The notes beneath the pieces are model-generated. The model was not told the origin of the DNA and did not search any database. It was given only the letters and a program-made list of their open reading frames with translations. Below, one piece after another: positions 1 to 11,819 of a stretch of 64,000 nucleotides of DNA. The position numbers were made by a program, and so were the translations under genes. Numbering within the stretch: the stretch's first letter is position 1; every line of letters begins with the position of its first letter. This stretch comes from the human T2T-CHM13v2.0 reference genome, Homo sapiens: NCBI RefSeq assembly GCF_009914755.1, contig NC_060929.1. One strand, written 5' to 3'.

Positions 1-1908
1 TTCCGATTTTTAAAGAATTCATTGCAATGGATGTGGAATGAGACTCAAAGTCCCAACATTATTTCAGAAACCTGTTAATCTTGAAGAGCAGGTATATGTA
101 GGTCATTAGAGATAACAGTCAAAAATGTCTCCTGCTGAAATTGGTGTGTCCCCCTCATACTGTGTTGCCACCTTACCTGACTCATCCTGCTCAATACTAC
201 TGTGGATTAGGTGCTCTATGCCTTTTAGTTTCTGTCTCTCCACATTCAACCTAATATACTTCTTCCTAGGAAGAAGTGTGTGCTACCACATTATATTATG
301 GAGTAAGAAAGTAAACATTTTTTTCCAAGTAATACATGCTTATGTCTATGTATCTGTCTCCTTATAGTAAAATCTACAAAAAGAAGGCAACAGAAATAAA
401 ACATTGTTAATTTCAATGTAAGGAAAGATTTAAGACACAAATTGACTGCAAGCTGTTAGGGACTGATTGTACCTTTGCTCCTGTGGATACTGGGAATTTT
501 AAGGCAGTTTTCATAAATGAGAGAATTCAAGCATTAGAAAGATTTTAGGGAAGGGTCTCTGAAAAAAAAGGATAGCATCTAAAGGTTGGCCTTCTCTATA
601 TTTGCATGGGGTTAGCCTTGAGCATTTTGGTTTACGCAATAACTTGGGTGGATCTTGTACTTTCATTCCTGAAGAGTGCAGTGAACTTTTTTTTCTGAGA
701 CAGCCTACAGTTGAGTGACATGTTTTAGATTACCAGAGCCCTCAAATTTCAATTTTAACTAGCTGGAATGAGCAGACATTTTATTTTTATTGTTTGGTAT
801 AGGAACTTTGAAGAGTAATGATTCTTCTTTGCCACCGGAGTAGTCTTTAGGAAAAACAAAATAGTTAAGGTAATTTCCATAAAGAATCCTGCTCATGGCA
901 ACAGCCCCCATTGATAATTAGTCCCATTCAGAGAGATGGGTATGGAATTCAACTAACATCTTATTTCTCTACAGGAAATGTTTAGGTATCCCCCATGTTC
1001 TTGACTGTCACTTGGGACTAAGACTATTTTAGAATGTAAGGGGAAGATAGAAGAGATTTCTTGGAAGCAAAGAAAACAGCCTATTAGGGTCAAAACAATT
1101 ATATGAGGAGTCCCTGTGGGTTTTGCGCTAAGTAAGCATGGCCTTATAGAAAATACAGATTGAGGCAATCAGCTCCTTCCAATTTTATGCAAGCAGTAGC
1201 AATGGGAAGTATGCCAAGAGAGATGATTAAGGATTAAACAACAGCATGGGAACTTGCTCAGAAGCTCCAAAATGTTGTCGCCAGCACCTGATATTTCTAC
1301 ATCCCTAACTTCTGGATTGTGAAAGGTGGTGCCCTTCTCCCAAACTCCACCCCTTAGCCCACTTACAGCTCCAGGGAAAGTTGAGGAAGAGAAAGATTCT
1401 GTCTCTATCAAATCCTAATAGGGAGCAGAGCCAAGAGAGACAGGAAGAGGCATGCTCATTTCCAACCTTTTTTGGCAAGCTCAAGCGGGAGCAAAAGCCA
1501 TTGCCAATTCTATTTTTTAATACAGATTTAAAAAGGGTTGTGTCTACACATGCAAAGGGGAGTGCACAGTGCACTGTGTTAATTTAAGCAGCACAACAAT
1601 TTTTTTAATAAAAAGAAAGGCTGACTATTCAGATATTTGTTTTACATTTGGTAGATCCAAATTGGGGGAGGAGACCAAAGTGCAATAATTTCTCCTCTAG
1701 TTATGCGTGTGCTTTCCAGCCCTACATTTATCGCTCTTCCAGTTCCAGGCTGGGCCAGCCAGAGACCATCCCTGGGACTTTTCAGTTTGAAGTGAGGAGA
1801 GAGAAACTCTTTCCTTTTGGAGACAGAATTGAGTTGCTAGATGTAGTGGACCATGATGTGAGCGCACTTTGGTAGTCTGAGTTGGATAACTATTAGGAGA
1901 GAGCAAGA

Positions 1909-2203
<295 letters not shown>

Positions 2204-2588
2204 GAGATTGAGAGAGAACAAGAATGATAGTGAAAGCTAGAGAATAAAAGAGTGATTCCAATTGTATAGTTTGATGAAATGAGAAGTGAAGGAAATGCGT
2301 GTAGTTTAAAGGCAAATACACATGCTTGGGCCTGAAAAGTTAACACAAATTGGAGTTGTTTGGTAAAATGGTAGTTGAGTAATTTGGAAAAAAAACCTCA
2401 TGGTATGTATAGATGCCTTTCCTGGAAAGTCATAGGTTCAATGAATTAACAAATGTTTGTGGAGGACCCTCATAGGATTAGTCATGCTAGGCTATTTGCA
2501 GGGGATCCTAGATTGTTTGATGAGAGCAGGGACCATGGCTATTTTGTTTTGGTCTGCATAATCCCTTATGGGTAGATATTGTTATTAC

Positions 2589-2882
2589 TTTTTTTTTTTT
2601 GAGACAGGGTTTTGCTCTGTTGTCCACAGTGGAATGCAATGGTGCAATCTCGGCTCACTGCAGCCTCTGCCTCCTGGGTTGAAGTGATTCTCCTGCCTCA
2701 GCCTCCCGAGTAGCTGGGGTCACAGACAAGCACCACCATGCCCAGCTAATTTTTGTAATTTTTAGAGATAGGGGGTTTTGCCATGGTGCCCAGGCTGGTC
2801 TTGAACTCCTGGGCTCAAGTGATCCTCTCACCTTGGCCTCCTAAAGTACTGGGATTACATGTGTGACCCACTGCAGTTGGCC
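2589..2882 (-). mobile_element. AluJ, full length
   Basis: Poly-T then GAGACAGGG; J-type CTGGGCTCAAGTGATCCTC; TSD TGTTATTA on both sides. Confidence 0.92.
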
Positions 2883-3082
2883 TGTTATTAGCATTATGTA
2901 AAGACTCAGAGAGCTTAAAACTTGCCTAGGGTCATCAGCTAGTTAGTGTGACTGCAAAGCTTGCTGGTACTGCTATTACAATGCTATCTAGACAACAGGT
3001 ATAAGACTGTTGTTCTCTGGGCTGATAGAAGAGAGAAAGGAGGACAAAAGAAGAATGGTTGATTTAGAATCTTTTTAGCAAC

Positions 3083-3133
<51 letters not shown>
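3083..3133. repeat. (ATCT)12 tetranucleotide microsatellite
   Basis: Uninterrupted ATCT array read directly. Confidence 0.98.
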
Positions 3134-3171
3134 AGTCATCTACCTACTTCCTTATCAGGGTAAATAGCTGT

Positions 3172-3370
3172 AACCATTTATTGAATGCTTGTATGTGCAA
3201 GACTCTATGGTATTTTATCTCATTATATCCTCACTTCAAAATAGATAATATTGCCCCATTTTATGGATGAGGAAACTGAGACTCAAAAGATCACACAGTG
3301 GATTAGTGTTAGACCCAAGATTTGACAGTGGGTTTGTCTGACTCCAAAGTCACCACTCTCAACTATTTTC
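3172..3370 (-). mobile_element. MIR
   Basis: Reverse MIR core CCCCATTTTATGGATGAGGAAACTGAG and TCTGACTCCAAAG. Confidence 0.85.
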
Positions 3371-3574
3371 TACACTGCTGCCCTGACAGAGGAGTTTCTA
3401 AAATAGTCTTGCTTCTCTCTTCTAGTCAGTGAATATTTCCCACAGTCTGTTTCCCCATCATATTTTAAAAGGCAGTTTTACATTCCCCATGAAAAATTTG
3501 TGCTCCAAAGATTATATATAAAGAAACATTCATTTATATAGTCAGTGTTACATTTAACAGCCTTTTTATATTCT

Positions 3575-4010
3575 AGTCTTTTAAATTGAAAAGTATCTCG
3601 GTCAAAAATTCAAACAGTCAAAATAGAGAAATCCAGCAACACAAATCTCCCTCCTGTCCAAGATACCGAGTGCTCTTCTCCAGAACCCACTGCTGCTAAT
3701 CTGCTTCCTGAGATCCTATATGGATATATAAGTACAACTATGTTTTTTGGTACCTTATTTTTCTTCTAGCTTCAGGACTTGGGGATCTTTTACTTTAATA
3801 CATATTGCTCTTCTTGGTTTAATAATAGCATAGCAGCCACTGCATGAATGCAGTATACCTTACTTACTGAGCCCCTAATTGATGGGCATTTTTGTTGTTT
3901 CTGGTATTATGTAATGAGCATCCGTATACCTATTCCTTTATATACTTGTTCCAGTTACGGTCAAGTTCTTGGAAGTGAAACTGTTGGTTAAAAGGGCATC
4001 TTTGTCTATT
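3575..4010 (-). mobile_element. Old L1 (L1ME-type) 3' fragment
   Basis: Degenerate L1M 3' motifs such as ATTGATGGGCATTT...TTGTTT and GGAAGTGAAACTGTTGG. Confidence 0.55.
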
Positions 4011-4077
4011 TTGAGAGTCCCACAATGCCCAGCCATACTCAGCTGAGTAATAAACACACAGCATATGCTAAGTAAGA

Positions 4078-4220
4078 GGCAGTGAAGTACTGTGGTTAGA
4101 GCACCAACTCTGCCATCAGCCTGTTCCAGCTCTGCAACACACAGTCGGTATGCCTTTGGGTGGGTTATTTAAACTTCCAGAACCACAGTTTGCCATCTAT
4201 TAAACAGAATAATAATAATA
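4078..4220 (+). mobile_element. MIR
   Basis: GTGGTTAGAGCAC 5' end and CAGTTTGCCATCTATTAAA core. Confidence 0.7.
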
Positions 4221-4221
4221 C

Positions 4222-4425
4222 TTTTTTGAACTAGCTATGTAGCAGGCACTCTTTTAAATGCTAGGCTCACACTATCTTATGATGTAGGTGCTATTAGCAT
4301 CCCCCCTTACAGATGAGGAAACTAGGCACAGAGAGGTTACTTACTTTGTTCAAGGTCACACAGCTAACAAGTGGTAGAGCCAGGATTTACCATCTAGGAA
4401 GTATGGCTCTAGAGCCCACCTTTTA
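4222..4425 (-). mobile_element. MIR
   Basis: TTACAGATGAGGAAACTAGGCACAGAGAGGTT...CAAGGTCACACAGCT. Confidence 0.88.
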
Positions 4426-5009
4426 AATACTTTCTTGGAGGGGGAGTTGCATGGATTAAATGAGACAGGTAGGTAGGTAATAGATGGGGGGAGTTGGGGA
4501 GAAAGAGAGAGAGAAGGAGAAAACAAAGAGTAAGAGAACATGAATATGAATGTAGCATGGTGTGCGGACCTCAAATTATGGGATATGGCTACAACAGAGA
4601 TAAAATCCCAATCCTTCTTCCTCCAGTGCACATCCTTTAAGGATGAACAAGCTGGTCTGATGGATTTCCTTAAGATTTCATTTCTATGAAAAGGAAGAGT
4701 AGAAACGGAGAAGCATGTGACTCTGGAGATCTGCTAAATCTTTTAGTCTGGAAGCCAACAGGACCATGGGAATATATATAATGCTGAGACAGGGAATCAA
4801 GTGGTACTGATTAAAAAAGCTTTAATGAGTATAAGCCATTAGTATTTTATCTGAGGAAGCCTAAACGTGGGGTGGACATGGGCAACTAGTTACGGAGTAT
4901 GACCTTGGCTGTGAACAATGGATTGTCAGGCTAGACCACATGGAGAAATTCTTCCTGATAAAATGAAGTGTGATATTCTGGGAGAGTTAGGCAGGGTTCC
5001 TAAAGGGTG

Positions 5010-5135
5010 AGGCAGTGCTCTACATGCATGACCTCACTGAATCCTCACAACAGCTGTTTGAGGTTGATGGGATTATTGCTCCTGTTTAACCAATGAGGAA
5101 ATGGAGGCAAAAAGGGGTGATATGACTTGCCCAAG
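5010..5135 (-). mobile_element. MIR fragment
   Basis: AATCCTCACAAC...ATGAGGAAATGGAGGC...TGACTTGCCCAAG. Confidence 0.75.
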
Positions 5136-5194
5136 CCTCTGTATTCTTATTCATCACATTTAGCCTGAAGAGGTGGTGGCCATTTCTCTCATAG

Positions 5195-5415
5195 AGAGCA
5201 CAGTTAAAATGGCAGAGACATGAGTTTGTGTCTTGTGTCTGCCACTAGGTGGGTAACCTTGGGCAATACACCACATAGTTCCAAGCCTCTGTGTTCTTAT
5301 CTGTCATATGGGGGTGGGATAGTATCTAACTTACAGGTGGAAGGTTAGATGAGGTAATTCATGTGAAATACAGCACAGTGGCTGGCACATGGTCAGCACT
5401 CAAGAAATATATTAA
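5195..5415 (+). mobile_element. MIR
   Basis: CCTTGGGCAA, core, and CACAGTGGCTGGCACATGG...CACTCAA 3' end. Confidence 0.75.
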
Positions 5416-5733
5416 GATCTGGAAAATACAGATTTTCAAAAAATGGATGTCAAAAATCACAATGTTTAAAATTAGGCTTTTTTTGTCTAGATTATAAATA
5501 CTTTCTAGAGTAATGAGTATCAAAGTGTCTCTTACACAGGAAATAGAATACATACAGCATAGATCATATGTCCTTAGTTCCAGTGAAACCAAGACTATTG
5601 TTACGGATTGTTTTTTATTGGTAATTTGCTGGATTCCACATGGCTTTGGACATGCCCTCTGTGGGACTGAACTGTGTTGTTTATAGTGTAAGGATACAAC
5701 TATAATTCATAAATTATTAATAAAAAGGAATAA

Positions 5734-6120
<387 letters not shown>

Positions 6121-6149
6121 TAAAGAAGAGAAATAGTGCCTCATGAAAT

Positions 6150-6320
6150 AATAATAATTACTATTTCTGAGCTCTAACTATGACTCAGGCACTGGGCAGT
6201 GTACTTGACACACATCAGTTTAGTTAGTCCTCTCAACAGTCCTATGAGGGCCATAGCATTATTTATCACCTTTTAACTAATAAGGAAAATGAAGTTCAGA
6301 GAGAGAAGTAACTTGCTGGA
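6150..6320 (-). mobile_element. MIR
   Basis: CAGGCACTGGGC...AAGGAAAATGAAGTTCAGAGAG...AAGTAACTTGC. Confidence 0.7.
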
Positions 6321-7149
6321 CATATCAGATTACCTGTTATCTCCTTCTCTTCCAAACCATGGTAATAACAGATAAAAGTGTTATAAAGTCCCTGTGAATA
6401 ACTGGACTAAACAGCCAAGAAAGTCCTATAATAGATTATTTAAAAATTATTCTACATATAGTTATTGCTTTTATTACATCACATGATGACAGGTGGCAAG
6501 TAGTTTCCCGGCATAATTCACATCACAGGATTTCTCAATTATGTGCTATAACAAAGCTTTACCAATTTCGTGTTGTGCTTCTTTTGAAATTGTGAAACAA
6601 GAATGAGAAAATAGAGTTGATGACTCCCTGAGCCCCTATCAAGCAAGTGTCCCTCTATTGCAAAGCTGGCCCAGGGCCATACTCCGCTCCAACAGCCTCC
6701 AGAAGTCTCCTTCCAGGAGGCCCATCTGCCAGCATCCAGGCCCACAGGACAGTGTTCATCCTCCTGCTTGCAGGCAGCGAGAGGGGATGAAAAAGCTGCT
6801 GTACTTAAGTGGTTAATAGAGAAAGCACTTGGGGAGAGATCAGCCTGCAACAAAGAACTTTAGTGCGAATCCCAAGTCAAAGTCAGCAAGTTTTCAGAGA
6901 AGCAGGCTTGGTTGGAGGCTTTAAGCATGAATTGCAGATCAGGATAGGCCTGCTGTAAATAGGAAACAGATGGGGGTGAAGCTGAGGCTCCCTGTGGAAG
7001 CTTCTTCACCCTGAGATGACAGGCTATGGAGTGGGTGGCAAGAGGCCATCTCCAGAGAGCCACAACAGTTACTCTGGCCTTAAATGGGCTTCAATTATGT
7101 ACAATTATGCACAAAATTTCCAGTTTCCTCCCTTACATGTCCATGAGCA

Positions 7150-7302
7150 CCCCAGGCTCTTCCTGCCTCAGAGCCCTTTGGCACGTTTCCTCTGTGAGGA
7201 AATTTCTTCCGTCAACTCCTTGTGTTTCAGGTCTCACCTCCTCCGAGCTCTTCCCTGCCATCTTATCTGAAGAAGGCCTTTCCTACTATCCTCCCTCCCT
7301 TC
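7150..7302 (+). mobile_element. L2 fragment (5' part, split by Ricksha)
   Basis: CCTCAGAGCCCTTTGGCAC...TCAGGTCTCACCTCCTC, pyrimidine-rich L2 3' region. Confidence 0.6.
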
Positions 7303-8576
7303 TGGTGCTCATCATAATTCTAAAAGACACAATTCCAAATGCCAGAACCCCGAATGTTGAAATCCCAAAAGATCCAAATTTCTAAAGTCTAAAATCCTGA
7401 AAATCACAATTCTGAAAGATTAAAATCCTGCAAGCCGAGTTCTGAGGAAGGCAGCTGTGCATTTTTGATCGTATACAGCATAGTTGCCTTTTGTTTGTTG
7501 CAATATGTTGGCAGAACGATAAAAGACAAGAAATCGTCTTTACTTGCAAATCAAGTATGGCTTAAGGAGATATCTGTGGGTGCCAAGTTGACAAAAGGTA
7601 GACTAGTGGACTTAGTTTTACTTGTCAACTTGGATGGATTAAGGGATATGTGGAAACCTGGTAAAGCATTATTTTGGATGTGTCTGTGAGGGTGTTTCCA
7701 GAGGTTAGTGTGTGAGTCTGAGTGGATTAAGTGGGGAAGATCTGCCCTCAGTGTTGGTGGGCACCATCTAATCAGTCAGGAACCCAGAGAGAACCAACAC
7801 AGAAGGTGAGTTGGTCTCCTCTGAGAGCTGGCACACTTTTCCTCTCCTGCCTTAGACATCAGAACTGCAGGCTCAGCAGCTGTTAGTCTCTAGAATCTAC
7901 ACAGGGTCCTGAGGCTTTTGGCCTGGAACTGAGAGTTAGACCATCAGCTTCCCTCCTTGTCAATGTAAAAACATCAAAACTTCTTCAATCAATAAAGAGA
8001 TGTCCTTTTTGTACATCTATCTAAATTTGTGAAAGAAAAAAATTCTTGAGATCTCAGCTCTTCAGGAGATTGCCTATTTGGTAGTGATCTGTTGTAATGT
8101 TTGACAAATCTTGTCAAAAGCCTTAAGGTGTCGGTCATGGTATTTCAGATGACCACAGTTAAAAGCTAGGTGCACACAATTACCAACCATAGTGATAGGC
8201 ATTTATACATTTTGCTTTTTGACCTATTTATTTGTGAATATGGTTCATCTTCTCATAACTGTTATGCTCATGTGACTGTCATTAGTATACCTGAGTGTTT
8301 ATGCTTGCAAAAATATGTTATTATTGCCTATTTTATTCTGTGAAGGGGACTATGAGTGTTTGATTGTGGGTTTATGTTTCTAAAATAAATCCCCTAATAT
8401 AAATAGATGTCTTAAATTTTTTTAAATTATTTTTTCCAGAATTATGTTTTTAGAATTTTGATCTTTCGGGATTGTGATTTTGGGATTTTAGACTTAAAGA
8501 TTTTGATCTTCTGGGATTTCAACATGTGAGATTTGGGCATTCGGGATTGTGTCTCTCTGGATTATGGCCCAAACTC
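7303..8576 (+). mobile_element. Ricksha (MULE/MuDR-type non-autonomous DNA transposon) with internal MLT2/ERVL LTR piece
   Basis: Long imperfect terminal inverted repeats (ATCATAATTCTAAAAGACACAATTCC...AATCCC left; GGGATTGTGTCTCTCTGGATTATGGCCCAAACTC right). 9-bp TSD CCTCCCTTC/CTTCCCTTC. MLT2-like segment at about 7610-7945. Confidence 0.85.
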
Positions 8577-8800
8577 CTTCCCTTCACCCTGTTTGTTCCC
8601 CTCATAGCATGTGGCATGAGCTTAATTCCAGGTTCTGTTATTTATTCATCTATTTATTGCCTGTTTCTGCCATTAGTCTACAAGGCCCAGAAAGGCACAT
8701 GTGTCTGACTCTCAACATTGATCTCAGTGCCAAGCACAGAGCTGGGAACAGAGTAGGTGTTCAGCAAATGTTTGCCAAATAAATGAAGGAAGGAATGGAA
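8577..8800 (+). mobile_element. L2 3' end (continuation)
   Basis: CAGTGCCAAGCACAGAGCTGG...GTAGGTGTTCAGCAAATGTTTG...AATAAATGAA, the L2 terminus. Confidence 0.8.
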
Positions 8801-9781
8801 CTCTCAACCACCCCCTGGGCAACATATTTGGAAGAAGATTTTAATAAATCCATGGAATAAGGAAGTATTAAAGGCCTTTGGAAAGAGGTTAATTTGATTT
8901 TAAAAACATTCTCAGAGAAGAACCTTGGGAGAAAAAGAAACATAAATAAGCTGGTTCATGGTATTTCCTGGAAATGACTTAATGACATTGCCTATCTGAC
9001 ATCCAAAAGCTGTGGGAACATTGTCCCTTTTATATTCTGTCTCTTCCCAGTTGTATTTCTAACAGGATTACAATGATAAAAGTACAGAGAAAGTACCAGA
9101 AGAGTTATATTTTCAGCTATGCTAAGATTACATTTATGGACATTGAAGTGCTGTCATAGCAATGTTGACATTTTGGCTGTTTGACTACTCTTTAGTGTAA
9201 AGAAATGAGTATGAAATCTGTATATTTATTAACAGTTCTTGTAAAGATATAAGAGGATGTAAGTTATTGACCAGACTAAAGTTTATATTATAATAAACTT
9301 ACTTAATAAATTTCACTTATTTAAGGTATTCCTATGCCCCACGACCATAGTTTAAGACTGGAAGTACTGAATCATAAACTCAGCTCCACAATCAGTTGAG
9401 CATAGATAGCAGTGGCTGTGGCTGTGAGCAGCTGAGACTGGGCCTGGGCCTGGTGGAGCCAGTTGCAAGTTGCTGTACTGACCTGCTGGTTGGGGAGCTG
9501 AATCCCAGCTTCAGGGATATTATTAGAATTATAGAGTTAATGTGAGCACAGACCAGGTCTACTCTTTGGGATATGGGCCAAGCATCAAGCTAGAGGAAGA
9601 ACTACAGCAAATCACAGTGGCTGGGAAAGGAAGAAAATATCTTCCTTCATTCCTAGTATTTGAATATAGGTGAAGCCCACTTAGAATTCATTCATTCATT
9701 CACCCAAACCTAAACTTATATTCTTGTGAGCGTGTAGTAAGTTACTATGATGTACCAGACGTAGAATTGATGCTCAATATA

Positions 9782-11151
9782 TAGGCAGTCCTTACTTTGC
9801 ATGTGGTGCAGGACCACAAATATTACCATGCAAGCTGAAACTGCGCAAAGTAATCATCATCATAAATAGGAAAAATTATGACTGTTCCATGACCTTTAAA
9901 AACTGCCAGTGATAAATATATAGGGAAATGAAAAATGTAATAAAACTATTATTTACTTAGTGCATGATAATTGAAAACATTAGAAACACTGAGAATTAGT
10001 GTAAAACACTCATCCAAAGTAGTCTGAACAATGCCTGCTCGCCTTCTCTTATCATCATATATCTTACAACATGGAGCAAACATGTTTTCTATGTAGCAGT
10101 AAATTGTCATATTCCTTTCTAAGTATGGATCAGTTTCTAATATTTTCTCCTTTGTTCTTTGTATGTTGATGTGAAATATCTCTGAGAGTTCTTTCAAGGT
10201 GAAATGGTTGGCCGGCATCACTTTCTCTGGGACATCTTTATCCTTTTTGTCACAGCCACTTTGCTAAGTTTCTCTGACTGCATATCTAGAGTAGATGCAA
10301 TGGTAAAGGATGTCAACATGCCATAATCAGTTACTTCTTCTATAACTTCACTTACATTTGATTCGAATTTGACTTCCAGGTTATCACTTTTCATTTTTTG
10401 GAGTACTTTCATCTTTTTCAGCTAATTTCCAGTTTTGATTATTCATGTTTGTAAACTGTCACATGGGTTTATTACTGGGAGACAAGGAAGCAACACAACC
10501 ACTTGATTTGCTCTTTGTGTGTCAACTGAATAACAAATGCACAGTGGAAGAAGTGATGTGATCGGTTTGGAAGAAGTGATGTGATTGGTTACTGATCATG
10601 ATGTGAATCTGTTAAGAAGTGATTTGTGGACCAAAGAGCAAGCAGCTCACAGTTTATAGTTCATATATCATGGTTACTGAAATTTGAACTGTGTTGTTGA
10701 AGGGCTGGTGCTATTTAACTAAATTGTGGTCATTGAAGTTCATGCATAGTGGAACTGTGTAAAGCAAAGTGTTTTACTCTGTTTTATGCTGCCATAACAG
10801 AATGCCACAGACAGAGTAATTCATAATGAAGAGACATTTACTTGGCTGATGGTTCTGGAGGGTGGGAAGTCCAAGAACATGGTCCCAGCATCTGACAAGG
10901 GCCTTTGTGCTACATTATCTTATGTAGAAGGCAGATGGGCAAGAGAGGGTGAGCACAAGAGAGCAAGAAGGAGCTCAACTTGTTTTTATAACAGACTCTC
11001 TCCCATGATAACTAACCTGCTCCAGTGATAATGATCATGACCTAATCACCTCCCATTAGGTCCCACTTGCCAGCACTGTCACATACGAGATTAAGTTTCC
11101 AACACATGAACTTTGGGGGACACATTCAATCCATAGCACAAGGACTGCTTG
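9782..11151 (-). mobile_element. TcMar-Tigger internally deleted element (MER82/Tigger13a-like), one TIR split by an MST LTR
   Basis: TIRs TAGGCAGTCCTTACTTTGCA and TGTAAAGCAAAG/[LTR]/CAAGGACTGCTTG. ORF 9949..10221 (TLKELSEIFH..DPYLERNM..QTTLD) resembles a Tigger transposase C-terminus. Confidence 0.8.
10770..11138 (-). mobile_element. MST (MSTC/MSTD-like) MaLR solo LTR
   Basis: TG...CA ends; GCTGCCATAACAGAATGCCACAGAC; AACACATGAACTTTGGGGGACACATTCAATCCATAGCA; 5-bp TSD CAAAG/CAAGG. Confidence 0.9.
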
Positions 11152-11159
11152 CACATAAT

Positions 11160-11400
11160 AGGGATAATTTGAGAATGTCGTGGGGGTACATGATAGAGAT
11201 TCCCACTAAGTCTGTGGGTCAGAGAATAAATTCTTAGAGAGATGACATATAAGTTGAGACTTGATAAATGAGTAGTAATTATCTTATTAAGGGGGAAGTG
11301 TAGGAAAGATTGTTCCAGGCAGAGGGAAGGGTATGTGTAGAGCCCCAAATGCAAGAAAGTGCATGGGACTTGGGGTGGTAGCCATGGTTGTTTCAGGCTG
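11160..11400 (-). mobile_element. L2 fragment
   Basis: AAGTTGAGACTTGA...TGTTCCAGGCAGAGGGAA, antisense L2 motif. Confidence 0.65.
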
Positions 11401-11819
11401 ACTGTGGGTGACAATCCAATTCCATTATCTTGACTCCCTCCAGCCATGCAGGCTGCTGCTTTTAGTTACCAGGCAGCACTGACTGCTGTAGCTGGGGACC
11501 TCAAATGCTCTGTTTGGGACATTCACCTGAAGAAGGTGAAGGGCAGTCTACTGCCTCTTCTATACCAAGAGTCGCAGTTGGGGCAGCTGGGAAAATCACC
11601 AGGAAAATAAAACCAAATCAAACAAAATTAATTTAGAGGATAGTTTATATACATAAGATAGGGAATACTAACGATTCAGATGCAAACACTCTAAGTACAG
11701 AATGGTATAAGACAGGAAGAAAATCCCTTTCACGAGTCACAATTCAGAAGGTCAATTCAAACCTTTAAGTGATAAACCACATTTCTAGTCAAGCTGAATA
11801 CAGAGTACAGTATTTTATT

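Noticed and set aside
68-91. 24-nt in-frame microexon-like segment (ttatttcag|KPVNLEEQ|gtatat)
   Set aside because: Weak pyrimidine tract and donor, no upstream UGC motif, and an unrecognised peptide; easily explained by chance.
1565-1578. Palindrome CACAGTGCACTGTG made of two V(D)J RSS heptamers
   Set aside because: No nonamer at 12- or 23-bp spacing on either side, and the orientation is opposite to a signal joint. About 4 palindromes of 14 bp are expected per 64 kb by chance.
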